Positions 1 to 11,504 of a stretch of 64,000 nt of DNA are shown in pieces (the stretch's first letter is position 1; every line of letters begins with the position of its first letter). Below the pieces are notes generated by a model. That model searched no databases. It was not told the DNA's origin and was given only the letters and a program-made list of their open reading frames with translations. Origin of the DNA: Neoechinorhynchus agilis (taxonomy: Eukaryota; Animalia; Acanthocephala). The translations under genes and the position numbers were made by a program. Where the stretch lies: contig CM121341.1 in the NCBI GenBank assembly GCA_051530055.1, positions 11,572,784 through 11,636,783 on the forward strand, read 5' to 3'.

Positions 1-279
1 TTTTCCATGCGGCCGACAATGCTACCCGCCTTGTGGGTATTAAAGTCCACTTCGATCGTATTAGTATTAGAGTTTAGCTTATTAGTATCTCAATAAACTA
101 TCTAGTAGTTATCTTGAACATTACCGTGCTTAGTAGACTTAAATTGAAAAAAACACCAGTGATCACATTTTTGCTGATAAAATAGCGACAATTGTCGTCT
201 TCTCGTAAGTTATTGAGTTTTGCATCCTGGCTCAGCCGGTAGTCTTTTTATGAGATTATTCTTTAGTCATCTGATTTGA

Positions 280-416
280 GTCAGGGAGGCGCTGGTCTGC
301 GCTCAATGCCCAAGGCCCTACAATTCTGAATTTGTACACCCCCGTCCGGATCCTTAAATACCTCCCAAAGAGGCGGGAGGTCATGGGCACTGAGCGCAGA
401 CCAGCGCTTCCCTGAC
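280..416. repeat. Foldback element: 33-bp inverted repeat arms (280-312, 384-416) around a 71-nt loop; derivative of the hammerhead-bearing repeat family
   Basis: Left arm GTCAGGGAGGCGCTGGTCTGCGCTCAATGCCCA is the reverse complement of right arm TGGGCACTGAGCGCAGACCAGCGCTTCCCTGAC with 2 mismatches. Reverse complement of 345-384 (ATGACCTCCCGCCTCTTTGGGAGGTATTTAAGGATCCGGA) aligns with 58903-58939. Confidence 0.85.
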
Positions 417-1691
417 CGAAATCGGTGAACTGTGTCCATAATTCAGCCGTGTATTATTCCAGAGCGGCGGTGTGAATGATTTTACATTGGAGTTTATAAT
501 AAGAATCAAAATTTGTATTGTTAAATTTAAACCAGTCCAATAACGACTTTATTACAACATCAATAGCCATTATACATGCGAACCCGATCCATTTTTTCGT
601 CCTCTTATGTGCAGATTTTTTTCGCTGAGATTGCAATTAATCGGTACGAGGCTTCATTCACCTTAATAGCTTAATAATATTATCGACACCGGAAACCGAA
701 GTGCCTCTGACTTACCATCTTTCACAACAAATCGCACTGATCACCTAGCAAAGTCATGAAAAAAAGGAGTAGTGGCAATACTGTCTGATCATCACTTGGA
801 TTCAAAGATAATATGTAAAGTGCTGTCAATCAGAATAATCTACTTAACAGCAAAGATGAATTGAAAATGACTGACTAAAATTGTGGGAACCAGAAAGGAA
901 ACTTGATGCACAACGAACTCTATGAAGCGATCGATGAAATTTTTAAGTAATTTATACAAGCTTATTTCAAAATCGAATCAAAATATTCCTAATATATCCG
1001 CAATTCGTAATTAAGTTCGAAAAAAATGTAAACGATGCTGACATAAAACGTCTAACAACAAATCGTGCACCCAAAAATTTCCTATTTAAATGATGAGCGA
1101 TGTCGCCCAAGACTGAATCTTTAATAGCGAAATTTATGACTGATTATTTCACCACTAAAAAATTCGACGGTCAATTTCGGTCGTTGTAGAGGCATTTACA
1201 TGCGATCTAACGGGACGCATCTATGATTCACAGATTCGTTAGATAGAACCAATCACAATTTAATATTTATCAATTTGTCTTTAAATAAAGTTTGTTCTTG
1301 TAAATGTTCAGTGGCGGAACGGAGAATGTTAGAAAAAGTTCAAAAATATAAAAGTTGAATTTGTGGTAATTCGATTACTCCCGTAAAACTTATCAACTAC
1401 AAAATATTGATACAGTTGCTGATTATTTTCCCCCACTTGTGGTACCTTTAATCTGTCAAAGTTTAATTCATTCTGTTTTTCCATAGACTTATTTTGAAGT
1501 TGAGAATATTGCGCAATCTTCTTCAAAATTCGTACAATTTTAATATTAAGTTTTAGTGCTAATATTTTATAGAAATGTAAGCGCGTAAAGATTTTTAGGA
1601 CCCGTACTGTTTTTAACGTTTGAAAGTCTTTAGATTTTACATACAATTTTTTGAGCTTTTATATAAGAGTTTCTTAACTTGAACCAATGAT

Positions 1692-3035
1692 TTATAGGTC
1701 CTTTATTTCTTCTACAAACGATTTCTGACTATCAATGGATATTGTAGCTTTCATCAATATGAGTGACTGGATTTTTTTTCTTTTTCCCAGAACAAAATCG
1801 TCCTTTGAATAACATGCAACATACCGTTCCAATCGATCAAAAGAATCTTCATTTGTTCGAAACGAAAGCATTTGATTTTTGGTATAGACAATAAAGGTGA
1901 CCATTCCACCTGCTATTTTTGCGATTTTCATTTTGAATTCATCATCAAGTTTAATAATCTTAGCTGGCTTATTGGCGAACTCCGATTCTTGACTCGATAA
2001 TCTACTCAACTCTAAGAATCCACCATTAAGTTTAAGAAGCGAACTAACCGAAGTTCTGAATGGTTTGAGATGAATAACCCGAATGACATCTTCACTGGTC
2101 GAAGCACTGTTAATACTCATTGAATGCGATCCATGAGAACTCGAAGTACCACTTTTACCGCTATTAATCATTTCCAGATCACTGGTACTTCGATAAATGC
2201 AATTTTGGTCATAATGTCTAGATGAAACATTTGATCTACTGTAGTACCGATTAGTAACACTGATCGTATTCACACTTCGGTCATTGTCGCGATCTCTTAG
2301 AACCAGAGAAAGTCTGCAATTAAGTATCTTATCGACATTTTCATCAAGTAACAAAGGAATTGAATCGTCGCTAATCTTGCAAGTACCGTCAACACTCATC
2401 TCATACAACCGAAGTTTTCTAACAAGCTCTACGGGATCGTCGTCCGGACCGAGGAGAGGTGGTTCGCACTTTTTTAAATCGTAATGAAGACATGCAAGAC
2501 CGATAACGTCCACGATTCGCGCCCATGGATGAACCAGGAGGCGAGTAAATGTATTTGATTCGTCGGGTAATTCAATGAATAGCTGCTTTGAATTCCGGAC
2601 TTGGGGAGAGGCTTCAACAATTGCGTATTTGGTAAACGGACTCACTTTATTTTCCTCTATTAGTTTACTCGTCATCGACTTGAGATTTTTTGTATTTTTT
2701 TTCTCAACAACTGGTATTTCTTTGGGAAATATTCCATCTGATACTTTGATTGCATCAAGATCCTCATCGTTAAGTTCGTCATCATCGGAATCGCTTTGTG
2801 CTATGGGTGCAGCTCCAATTCGGACTGTTTGACACATAAGACGTTCCTTTCTCTCGATTTGCTTCAATCGGTTGCATATCTTCGTTTTTATGGACTGTGT
2901 TCGAATCTCGATCGGCGGAGAAGGTGAACGCTCGATGCCACTGCAATTAACAATGCTTTGGATAAGCCCGGAGTCGTCCGCCTTGTCGAAAGCTTCTTTA
3001 ATTTGGGAAAGAATGAGATCCCGTCGTTGAATCAT
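1692..3035 (-). CDS. MAPKAP1: Sin1 / MAPKAP1, TORC2 subunit (447 aa, intronless)
   Basis: N-terminus LILSQIKEAFDKADDSG resembles animal Sin1 IILAHIRQSHVTSDDTG. CRIM-domain segment ARIVDVIGLACLHY...EPPL...LRLYEMSVDG resembles ARVQDLIGLICWQY...EPKL...LHIAEDDG. C-terminal PH-like region IHLKPFRTSVSSLLKLNGGFLEL. Comparison is from recalled family motifs, not a database search. Confidence 0.88.
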   Translation of the reverse strand: MIQRRDLILSQIKEAFDKADDSGLIQSIVNCSGIERSPSPPIEIRTQSIKTKICNRLKQIERKERLMCQTVRIGAAPIAQSDSDDDELNDEDLDAIKVSDGIFPKEIPVVEKKNTKNLKSMTSKLIEENKVSPFTKYAIVEASPQVRNSKQLFIELPDESNTFTRLLVHPWARIVDVIGLACLHYDLKKCEPPLLGPDDDPVELVRKLRLYEMSVDGTCKISDDSIPLLLDENVDKILNCRLSLVLRDRDNDRSVNTISVTNRYYSRSNVSSRHYDQNCIYRSTSDLEMINSGKSGTSSSHGSHSMSINSASTSEDVIRVIHLKPFRTSVSSLLKLNGGFLELSRLSSQESEFANKPAKIIKLDDEFKMKIAKIAGGMVTFIVYTKNQMLSFRTNEDSFDRLERYVACYSKDDFVLGKRKKIQSLILMKATISIDSQKSFVEEIKDL

Positions 3036-3580
3036 TACTCGTTTTCGTACACAATGACTGAAACTAGGCAGTCACGCGTTGAGATTTTCAAGTTAAGCAT
3101 TTGAGATACAGTTACCTAAAATGTTGTGGCGTGATTTACCTACTCAATCGCGACTCAAAGCGGGTACATGGAAAGAAAAAATTTAACCTTGATAACGGGA
3201 GCATGGCGAATTTTTTGTCTTTATTGTAGAAAGAGCTAATGCGTTGCATAAAAACAATTGAAGTAATTTATTGAATTCGATATTTCGGAATAATCTGTTT
3301 GTAAGCTTTTCAAGTGTGCTTGGAACATGATTGTGCCGAAATCAATCGAATTCAATAAATTATTTCAACTTTTACGCCATAAAAAGCATGAACAATAAAA
3401 TCTTCAAAAATAAAGCTGATTATAATATGTGTATTTACTGATGAACTTAACAAATAAATACAATTTTACCATATAAAGCTCTAAACGTATAATCCCTTAA
3501 CAATTTGCATATTGGTTTAAAACTTATTCCATTTGACATAAAGATTTATAGTGATTTGAAAAACTCAACATTTCGCGTTC

Positions 3581-3741
3581 ATGAATTTTGGATCATTAAT
3601 CACTAACGCATCGGAGGATAACCGTAAAAAATGTTTAACAGGGCCTTCAAAAAAATTTTCTTAATTTTTTCAGCTTTTGTTCAGTTCGGATGCGGCATCG
3701 GCTACTTTATGATTATGTCCGCGGTTGAGGATAAGAAATAA
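3581..3741 (+). CDS. Possible small two-exon ORF (36 aa, MNFGSLITNASEDNPFVQFGCGIGYFMIMSAVEDKK)
   Basis: ATG at 3581. A GT...TTTTTTCAG intron candidate at 3624-3673 (50 nt) joins in frame to a TAA at 3739-3741. No homology recognised. Confidence 0.2.
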
Positions 3742-5409
3742 AAAGCGAGATTGGCAATCAAACTAAAATATTAATGGGATGATTTTAGTAAAAAAAGACG
3801 AGCTAAGATCCATGAAGTGTTTGAACATATAATTTCGGCTTCTTAATTAACTAAAATACTCTGCTAGGCGTTGAACTTTCCAAAGACCAATCTACGTTGC
3901 ATCATGCTTAAAAACGTAGACAGCGAAAAAACAAGAATTTTCATTGCTTGCTCTTTATAATATGCAAAAATACCGCAACAATATTACAATTTCGTTGATC
4001 GAATTGAGCTGCAACCATTCACAATGAGTACATTCAAAGTGATCAGGAAATAAAAAAAGTAAATTCACAATTTAGCATTTATTATGAGTGTTTTTATTAT
4101 TGCCAAAGAAACTTCTAGCACCGTTTAAATCATTGTTATTTTTTAAAATTAAGTTTGCGGCTCAATATTTTTTAGATTAAAGGTAACCTCGTCTCCTCAG
4201 TCATCTAAAAAGGGATTTTATAATTTATTATTTTGCCCCATATTTCGTCGAACATGTCTGCTTGTCATCGACAAAATATGCCGAGTAAGTCGAAGAGAAC
4301 CAAAAATCGATAATCAGAGCAAGTAAAGTTGTTTGATCCGTAATATCACATCAGGAGACGAAGATTTATCCGAATTTCATATGATCAGAAATAGCCTCAA
4401 CTGCCGTATGCGTGATGTTCACAGTAGCCATTTAAATAAAATATCTTAAATTTAGGTAACTAGTGGATGTTACTAAGCTCAAATATATAAAGGACGATGT
4501 AAACTGATAGCAAAGCATCGTGGAAATCAAGTACAAATGGCCCGATATTGACAGATTATTTAGGCGGCTCATAATCCTAAAAAATGGCCTTGTAGAATTC
4601 ACAATTGCTGGAGTCTACCGCACTCTTGCCTCTAGTCCAAAGACCACTACCGGATATTCCCATCCGACCAAAACAGTAATCAAGAACCGCATTCACGGAA
4701 ACTCTGAACTCGAGTGCTCATGAGGACTAAAAGGTACATGGGTCCTATCCTTTTTGGATTAAGAAATAAACGTGTTATTATCTTCTTTAAGGTATCACGA
4801 TCTTTGATCCGGTAGGCAAAGTATATCTTAAACTGGATCTTTTACTCCAAGAATAGCGAGGGAGCTTATCGACAACTAAAACTTCCTAGAAACACTTTCA
4901 TCTTGGTAGTTCGCCGACTTTGTGAAGGCGAATTGATCCAATAATAAATTACCGGCGATTATTCATTCATATACTGCACAACTAATTGCGCAATTTAACA
5001 TTACGCAATAAAAAGCGAGTTAAGCTCCGTCTTGATTAGATTGCTTCATAATAATTGATTGACTATAATTGTAAGGATTATAAAACAATCACGACACAAA
5101 TTATGAATTATTCACTGCCCTCAAATTTCACCTAGGATAAAACCTCCATTCATACTATTTGTAGTCTCTCAAGCAATACAATTCTTCTTGCTGTATATTC
5201 TCAACAAAAATGATCAAAAGAATCTCGCCCACTTGAACTTATTGGATAAAAAATTTAGAACGGGAAGTGGGGTGTCGATCGCATCTTTTCGGGATTTATT
5301 CAATCGAAATACACCGTTTCATTGTCTTTAAATTATTAAGAAAAACTTTTTTATAAAGCAATTTCTTTTACAAAACGTTTCGACAATCACCCCCGTCCAC
5401 AAAGAGGAG

Positions 5410-5535
5410 GCATCGCCTCCCCTCAACCACACTCGCTGCGTTTCCTCTTTGAATCGCGAGACCAATGTTTTGGCGTAAGAAGGCACCAGCTCTTGTATAC
5501 CTGCGCTTTTTTCTTGCTTTTTGCAATTGAACCCA
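5410..5535 (-). mobile_element. 3' end fragment of a CRE-like (RLE-bearing) non-LTR retrotransposon
   Basis: A minus-strand frame not in the ORF track reads RAGAFLRQNIGLAIQRGNAASVV, the typical C-terminal QRGNAASV motif of CRE-type ORFs. Confidence 0.7.
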
Positions 5536-5990
5536 TTGCAAACGTCGCTAGGTACTATTTTGTGAAAAATCAAAGTAATATTTAAATAATTTTGAATTTT
5601 TTCAGATTTAGTTTGAAAAGCTTTTGAAATTCATCTCTCTGCCAATAATAATTTTGTTTCTTATGATAATCTCTAATAAGACTATTCACAATATTTATTA
5701 TTGTCTCAGAAGTCTTTTTCTACAAAGAATCTTCATTTCCATAATAATTTATCAGATAAAATTTTCTGGCCAATGACAGTAAACGGAAAAATAATCTAGT
5801 GCAAAAAAATCAGTAGACATGTGCATATAATTGTGGGAACATTCAAACCATTACATCTTGTAGAAAATAATTTCATAAGATTCTAATATATTTCTTTGCG
5901 GAAAACGCATTTATTTTTGTTTAAGTATTTCAATTGGTTAAATTTTTAATTTAAGCAAATTAATGAATTTTACCATATTTCAACATGATG

Positions 5991-6078
5991 AAAACATCCC
6001 AGCCAATTAGAGTACGTCATTAACTAATACCAACATGCAAAAAAATTCCTGGGAGTCTAGAATGGTGATTTGTTACCA
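5991..6078 (+). promoter_or_regulatory. Conserved upstream module with CCAAT box and TACGTCA (ATF/CREB-like) site; related copies at about 9100, 9443, 13100 and 13441
   Basis: ACATCCCAGCCAATTAGAGTACGTCATTAACTAAT lies about 200 bp upstream of the ATG and is duplicated in units 2 and 3. Regulatory function is inferred from motif and position only. Confidence 0.35.
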
Positions 6079-6212
6079 TAGCTAATTTTAAATTTTGCTC
6101 TAAGCAACTTATTGTGTTTAAAAAAATTCCACGAGAACGACGTAGAAAAAACGCATTTTTTTGTTAATAAATTTTAATTCGCAAAGTTCTTCGCTACTTA
6201 AAATTTTTCTAG

Positions 6213-7436
6213 ATGCCAGGAAACCGATCTCGTTCTAGGAGTTCCAAACGTAAAATCCCAAATGTGAACAAAACTGGAAAGCAAATCAATTTTCCCCGAC
6301 GAGAGGAGTTTGGTTATTACGCTAAATACGACGTTTGGACTGGTAGACGTTCCAAGCTCAATCGAATTGCGACAAATCAACTATCACAAGCAATCAATGG
6401 CGCAGATAATATTGGAGATAATCGGAAATATATATGGAATAGTTCGAACTGTTACACGGGAATCCGTAATGATCGAGGATTCGATAATAAAAATCAGGAT
6501 TTAAGAACTCGAAATAAGAGCAGTCAAGATTCCATGGACAACGAGAAAAAGTCTGATTCATCCAAAATTTGGTATAGCGGTCCCAAAAGAAACTATGATG
6601 CTAACAATGATGCATTGTTCTTCCGAAAAAATAGTAGAGGAAGATTACGCTCCACCTGCAAAGAAGGTGATAAAGAATTCCAAGCATCCCGTTTTTTCAA
6701 TCATCGGAAAAAATCAAATACAAGGTCCTCGATATCTTCACGAAGCAATGTATTGCAATCTAACGAATCAGAGCGGGGCCCGGATTTGGAAGTAAAAGAG
6801 CCAGTCGACTGGGGCCAACGAATTATTGATGAGTCAAAATCTGATGTTGAGCAGTTTTCATCTGATGCCGGATGCGGCTGGGGTTTAAAAGTAAAAGAGC
6901 CCGTCGAATGGGGCCAACGCCTAATTGATGAGCCAAAGTCTGATCTCGAGCAGTTTTCATCTGATGCTGGATGCGGCTTAGGCTTAGAAGAACCATGTTT
7001 GGATTCACCCTTAATTAACGAGTCAAAAACACCAAATATTCGCGGTGCCAATACCCAAATCGGTTTATACAGAAACGAGTTACCCGTGGCAATCGGAAAA
7101 CGAGAAACCATCAACGATATTTCCTTTCTTTCTAGAGCGAATGGCGACCGCAAGAGAAGTCAATATATCGAGAAACCATTGGATTCTACAGGAAAAACTC
7201 AGCAGACTGGTTACTTAGGTCAAGAGGAAAGGAACATGAAAATTTTCCTGGATGATGGTACTGTTCGATCAAAATTCAGATATGATCTGGATAGGGTTCT
7301 CTCTAGGATTGGGATGACACTCGAGGAGTTCCGAGAATATTTTGGAGACGAAGGACCGGATAATATTTTAAAAGCTGCTGTGCTGGGTTTGCGCAAAATC
7401 GAAAGGAAGAGAAATCTCTATGGCTGTATGTTATAA
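6213..7436 (+). CDS. Hypothetical 407-aa protein, copy 1: basic R/K/S/N-rich N-terminus, 2 x 33-aa acidic repeats, helical C-terminal domain
   Basis: Intact ORF; ATG directly preceded by TTTTTCTAG; paralogous copies at 9597 and 13593. No known domain recognised. Confidence 0.8.
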   Translation: MPGNRSRSRSSKRKIPNVNKTGKQINFPRREEFGYYAKYDVWTGRRSKLNRIATNQLSQAINGADNIGDNRKYIWNSSNCYTGIRNDRGFDNKNQDLRTRNKSSQDSMDNEKKSDSSKIWYSGPKRNYDANNDALFFRKNSRGRLRSTCKEGDKEFQASRFFNHRKKSNTRSSISSRSNVLQSNESERGPDLEVKEPVDWGQRIIDESKSDVEQFSSDAGCGWGLKVKEPVEWGQRLIDEPKSDLEQFSSDAGCGLGLEEPCLDSPLINESKTPNIRGANTQIGLYRNELPVAIGKRETINDISFLSRANGDRKRSQYIEKPLDSTGKTQQTGYLGQEERNMKIFLDDGTVRSKFRYDLDRVLSRIGMTLEEFREYFGDEGPDNILKAAVLGLRKIERKRNLYGCML

Positions 7437-7504
7437 ATATATAATAAGTGTTTAATTTTATAAATTCTATAAGTTATTTGTAAGGATTTTTCAATTTCCA
7501 CATT

Positions 7505-8640
7505 ACAAGAAACATCTCAGGTACTGCAGCAATTTAAGCCAATCTCCAAGCAGGCGAACAAGTTGATAAATTTCTCTCACATGAAACGATATTCCTGATC
7601 AAGGATACCATCTTCATTCCAAAATTGCAGTATGAGCTGCACACATCATATATTTTAGACATAAGGATAAGCTGGCAAAATTAGACGAGACGGTGGAAGC
7701 CTCTCTCTCGAGAAAATTTTAAATACTCAGCTGTCGGGCGAGACCTGACGTCAAGCTTCCTTGCCTCTGTCGTCCGGCGGTTTGAGTATCCGAAAAACAA
7801 CCGATATTTCTTTTCCAGCTTATTTGGGATCGTATTAAGCAAGCCCAAAAATAGTTCAGTCTTTTCTTTGCAATTATTACAGGTTGGATAAAGAATTCAT
7901 GGAGGCTGTTGGTTTTTGGTTTATAGATCCCGATGCTCTATAATCTCAGATTCTTGTGACCTGGTGAACGGAAATCGATTTGCGACAGTCTCGACTAAAG
8001 AATCAGGGGATTGCCTTAACATTCTCTCAATCGCTTCACCCTTCTCACGGTCGAGAACGTAAGGATTGCAGTTTCCCTAAGACTTTGGGCACCGACGTGA
8101 CGAAGCGACTGTAGTACCACCGGACGCCATGGTTTCGTCTGTCGGCAATCAGGCGGAAGGTCTCACAAAACGTCTAAGTGAACGCAATGATCCTACTTTG
8201 CATTGAATACTGTGAATGCGCTCAACATCCTATTGCCAAACAATCTTTGTCTATTCGATGGCCGCCGTAGACCGGACGGTGTCACAGTATTCCCGTGGCG
8301 AGAAGGAAAATGCATTCTCTGGGACCACGCTCGCAGCAAGCAACATAAAATTCGCCACTATTAAACCCGGGGTAGCAGCGGCCGTCGCTGAGAACCGCAA
8401 AAAGACAAAATACCGGGACCTGAGTCGAAATCATTATTTAGTTCCCCTTGGCGTCATGACACTGATCCTTTGCTATTGCTACGAAGGACATGGTCAATAA
8501 ATTGCATAAGATTGAGACGGAATAACCGGCGATCTGGGATCACGCAAACATTTCGGTGAAATAACGAATATTGTGCAACGGGGAACGCTGCATCCGTCCT
8601 TTCGACCGTTATACCAGAACGGGAAAATTTAAATAAAATT
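7505..8640 (+). mobile_element. Decayed 3' part of a CRE-like non-LTR retrotransposon (post-RT region, Zn-knuckle remnant, restriction-like endonuclease)
   Basis: Frameshifted motifs: FLIKDTIFIPKLQYELHT, QASLPLSSGGLSIRKTTDI, STKESGDCLNIL, GRHGFVCRQSGG, RPDGVTVFPWREGKCILWD, TLAASNIK...AAAVAENRKKTKYRDL...VPLGVMTL, and a QRGNAASVL-like end near 8575-8600. Confidence 0.85.
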
Positions 8641-9596
8641 ATTTTGAATGCACGATTTGTGGATAGATGCGGTGAAATCGGAATTTTTCTTTGAAAAACC
8701 TAACCGATATTGATGTTTTTAGCAAACGTCGTTGAAAATTGTACAACAAGTTACTAAAACTTTAATTCCATCCTATCATACCTAAGCAAAAAAAACTACT
8801 CGGGAAAGTAATTTTGAAAAACTAAACAATCCACCTTCAAGTGCGAATAAAACACTCAAAAATCATGATAAAGACACAATATTGTCCCAAAATATTTGAA
8901 TCAATAAATTCTTTTAATTTTTACGCAAGATACAAACATGAAACATTTAATCTTCAAACACCTTATTCGACTGACAATAAGTTGTCGTTTTTTAGATTTT
9001 TCTAAGTGGTTAAAGCGCATTTTTTTTGCTTAGGTATTTTAATTCGTGAAATTTTTACTTTGAGCAAATTAATGAATGGTAGTATATTTAAACACGACGG
9101 AAACATTCCAGCCAATTAGATTACGTCATTAACTAATACTCGCATGCAAAACCTATTTCTGGGAGTCTAGAATGATGATTTGTTACCTACGGGGTTTTCA
9201 CCCATAATAGCTAGTTTTGAATTATGCCCTCCGCTCCTAATATTTTGTAAAAAAAATCCACGAGAACCATCTCGTTCTCAGAATTGCAAAATTTAAAAGT
9301 TTTTCCTTTACACATTTTAGAAAATAATTTAATAAAATTCTAATCTTTTTCCTTGTATAAAAACGCATTTGCTAAATCATTTTTTATTCGCGAAATTTTT
9401 ACTCTTAACAAATCAATGTATAATTTTATATTTCTACATGCTGAAAACATCCCAGCCAATTAGATTATATCATTAATTAATAGTCTCGTGCAAAACCCAT
9501 TCCTGAGAGACTACATCGGTGATTTGTTAACTAAGGCGCTTTCTCCCAACTTTGCAAGTTTTGATTTTCGTTCTTCGCTACTTAAAATTTTTCAAG

Positions 9597-11438
9597 ATGC
9601 CAGGAAACCGATCTCGTTCTAGGAGTTCCAAACGTAAAATCCCAAATGTGAACAAAACTGGAAAGCAAATCAATTTTCCCCGACGAGAGGAGTTTGGTTA
9701 TTACGCTAAATACGACGTTTGGACTGGTAGACGTTCCAAGCTCAATCGAAATGCGACAAATCAACTATCACAAGCAATCAATGGCGCAGATAATATTGGA
9801 GATAATCGGAAATATATATGGAATAGTTCGAACTGTTTCACGGGAATCCGTAATGATCGAGGATTCGATAATAAAAATCAGGATTTAAGAACTCGAAATG
9901 AGAGCAGTCAAGATTCCATGGACAACGAGAAAAACTCTGATTCATCCAAAATTTGGTATTGCGGTCGCAATAGAAACTATGATGCTAACAATGATGCATT
10001 GTTTTTCCGAAAAAATTGTAGAGGAAGATTACGCTCCACCTGCAAAGAAGGTGATAAAGAATTCCAAACATCCGGTTTTTTCAATCATTGGAAAAAATCA
10101 AATACAAGGTCCTCGATATCTTCACGAAGCAATGTATTGCAATCTAACGAATCAGAGCGGGGCTTGGAATTGGAAGTAAAAGAGCCAGTCGAACGGGGCC
10201 AACGAATTATTGATGAGTCAAAATCTGATGCTGAGCAGTTTTCATCGGATGCCGCATGCGGCTGGGGTTTAATAGTAAAAGAGCCAGTCGAATGGGGCCA
10301 ACGGATAATTGATGAACAAGAGTCTGATGTTGAGCAGTTTTCATATGATAATGGATGCGGCTGGGGTTTAAAAGTAAAAGAGCCAGTCGAATGGGGCCAA
10401 CGAATTATTGATGAACAAGAGTCTGATGTTGAGCAGTTTTCATATGATGATGGATGCGGCTGGGGTTTAAAAGTAAAACAGCCAGCCGAATGGGGCCAAC
10501 GGATTATTGATGAACAAGAGTCTGATTTGAGCGGTTTTCATATGATGATGGATGCGGCTGGGGTTTAAAAGTAAAAGAGCCAGTCGAATGGGGCCAACGG
10601 ATTATTGATGAACCAGAGTCTGATGTCGGCAGTTTTCATATGATGATGGATGCGCTGGGTTTAAAAGTAAAAGAGCCAATCGAATGGAACCAACGAATAA
10701 TTGATGAGCCAAGGTCTACTGTTGAGCAGTTTTCATATGATGATGGATGCGGCTGGGGTTTAAAAGTAAAAGAGCCAATCGAATGGAACCAACGAATAAT
10801 TGATGAGCCAAGGTATACTGGTGGAGCAGTTTTCATATAATGATGGATGCGGCTGGGGTTTAAAAGTAGAAGAGCCAGTCGAATGGGGCCAACGGATAAT
10901 TGATGATCCTGAGTCTGATGTTGAGCAGTTTTCATATGATGATGGATGCGGCTGGGGTTTAAAAGTAAAAGAGCCATTCCTATGGGGTCAACGCCTAATT
11001 GATGAGCCAAAGTCTGATCTCGAGCAGTTTTCATCTGATGCTGGATGCGGCTTAGGCTTAGAAGAACCATGTTTGGATTCACTGTTAATTAACGAGTCAA
11101 AAACACCAAATATTCGCGATATTTGCTTTCTTTCCAGTGCGAATGGCGACCCCGAGCCAAGTCAATATATCGAGAAACCATTGGATTCTACAGGAAAAAC
11201 TCAGCAGACTGGTTACTTAGGTCCAGAGGAAAGGAACATGAAAATTTTCCTGGATGATGGTACTGTTCGATCAAAATTCAGATATGATCTGGATAGGGTT
11301 CTCTCTAGGATTGGGATGACACTCGAGGAGTTCCGAGAATATTTTGGAGACGAAGGACCGGATAATATTTTAAAAGCTGCTGTGCTGGGTTTGCGCAAAA
11401 TCGAAAGGAAGAGAAATCTCTATGGCTGTATGTTATAA
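9597..11438 (+). CDS. Repeat protein copy 2 (9 x 33-aa repeats); frameshifted in this assembly
   Basis: Same N- and C-termini as copy 1. Several 1-2 nt indels at about 10525, 10625, 10655 and 10820, some in homopolymers; these may be consensus errors or real pseudogenisation. Confidence 0.7.
10164..11051 (+). repeat. Coding minisatellite, 9 x 99 bp (WGLKVKEPVEWGQRIIDEQESDVEQFSYDDGCG)
   Basis: Period of 99 bp (for example GGCTGGGG at 10359 and 10458). Copy 1 has 2 units (6780-6977) and copy 3 has 9 units (14155-15044). Confidence 0.95.
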
Positions 11439-11504
11439 ATATATAATAAGTGTTTAATTTTATAAATTCTATAAGTTATTTGTAAGGATTTTTCAATTTC
11501 CACA

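Noticed and set aside
1329-1646. 105-aa minus-strand ORF downstream of Sin1
   Set aside because: Very AT-rich, low-complexity K/I/L/N composition, non-ATG start and no recognisable motif.
2284-2832. Plus-strand ORFs overlapping Sin1, and other antisense ORFs over the repeat gene, ATG8 and gag
   Set aside because: Shadow frames of real coding sequence.
4735-4785. Short match ATGGGTCCTAT...AATAAACGT shared with 55194-55235
   Set aside because: Probably the 3' tail of an old retroelement, but too short and diverged to call.
5386-5415. CACCCCCGTCC...CAAAGAGG similarity to 337-373 as a fourth hammerhead-family copy
   Set aside because: Only about 20 matching bases around a gap, and it lies at the 3' end of a CRE-like relic; could be chance.
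7419-7436. C-terminal YGCML as a CaaX prenylation signal
   Set aside because: The Cys is at position -3, not -4.
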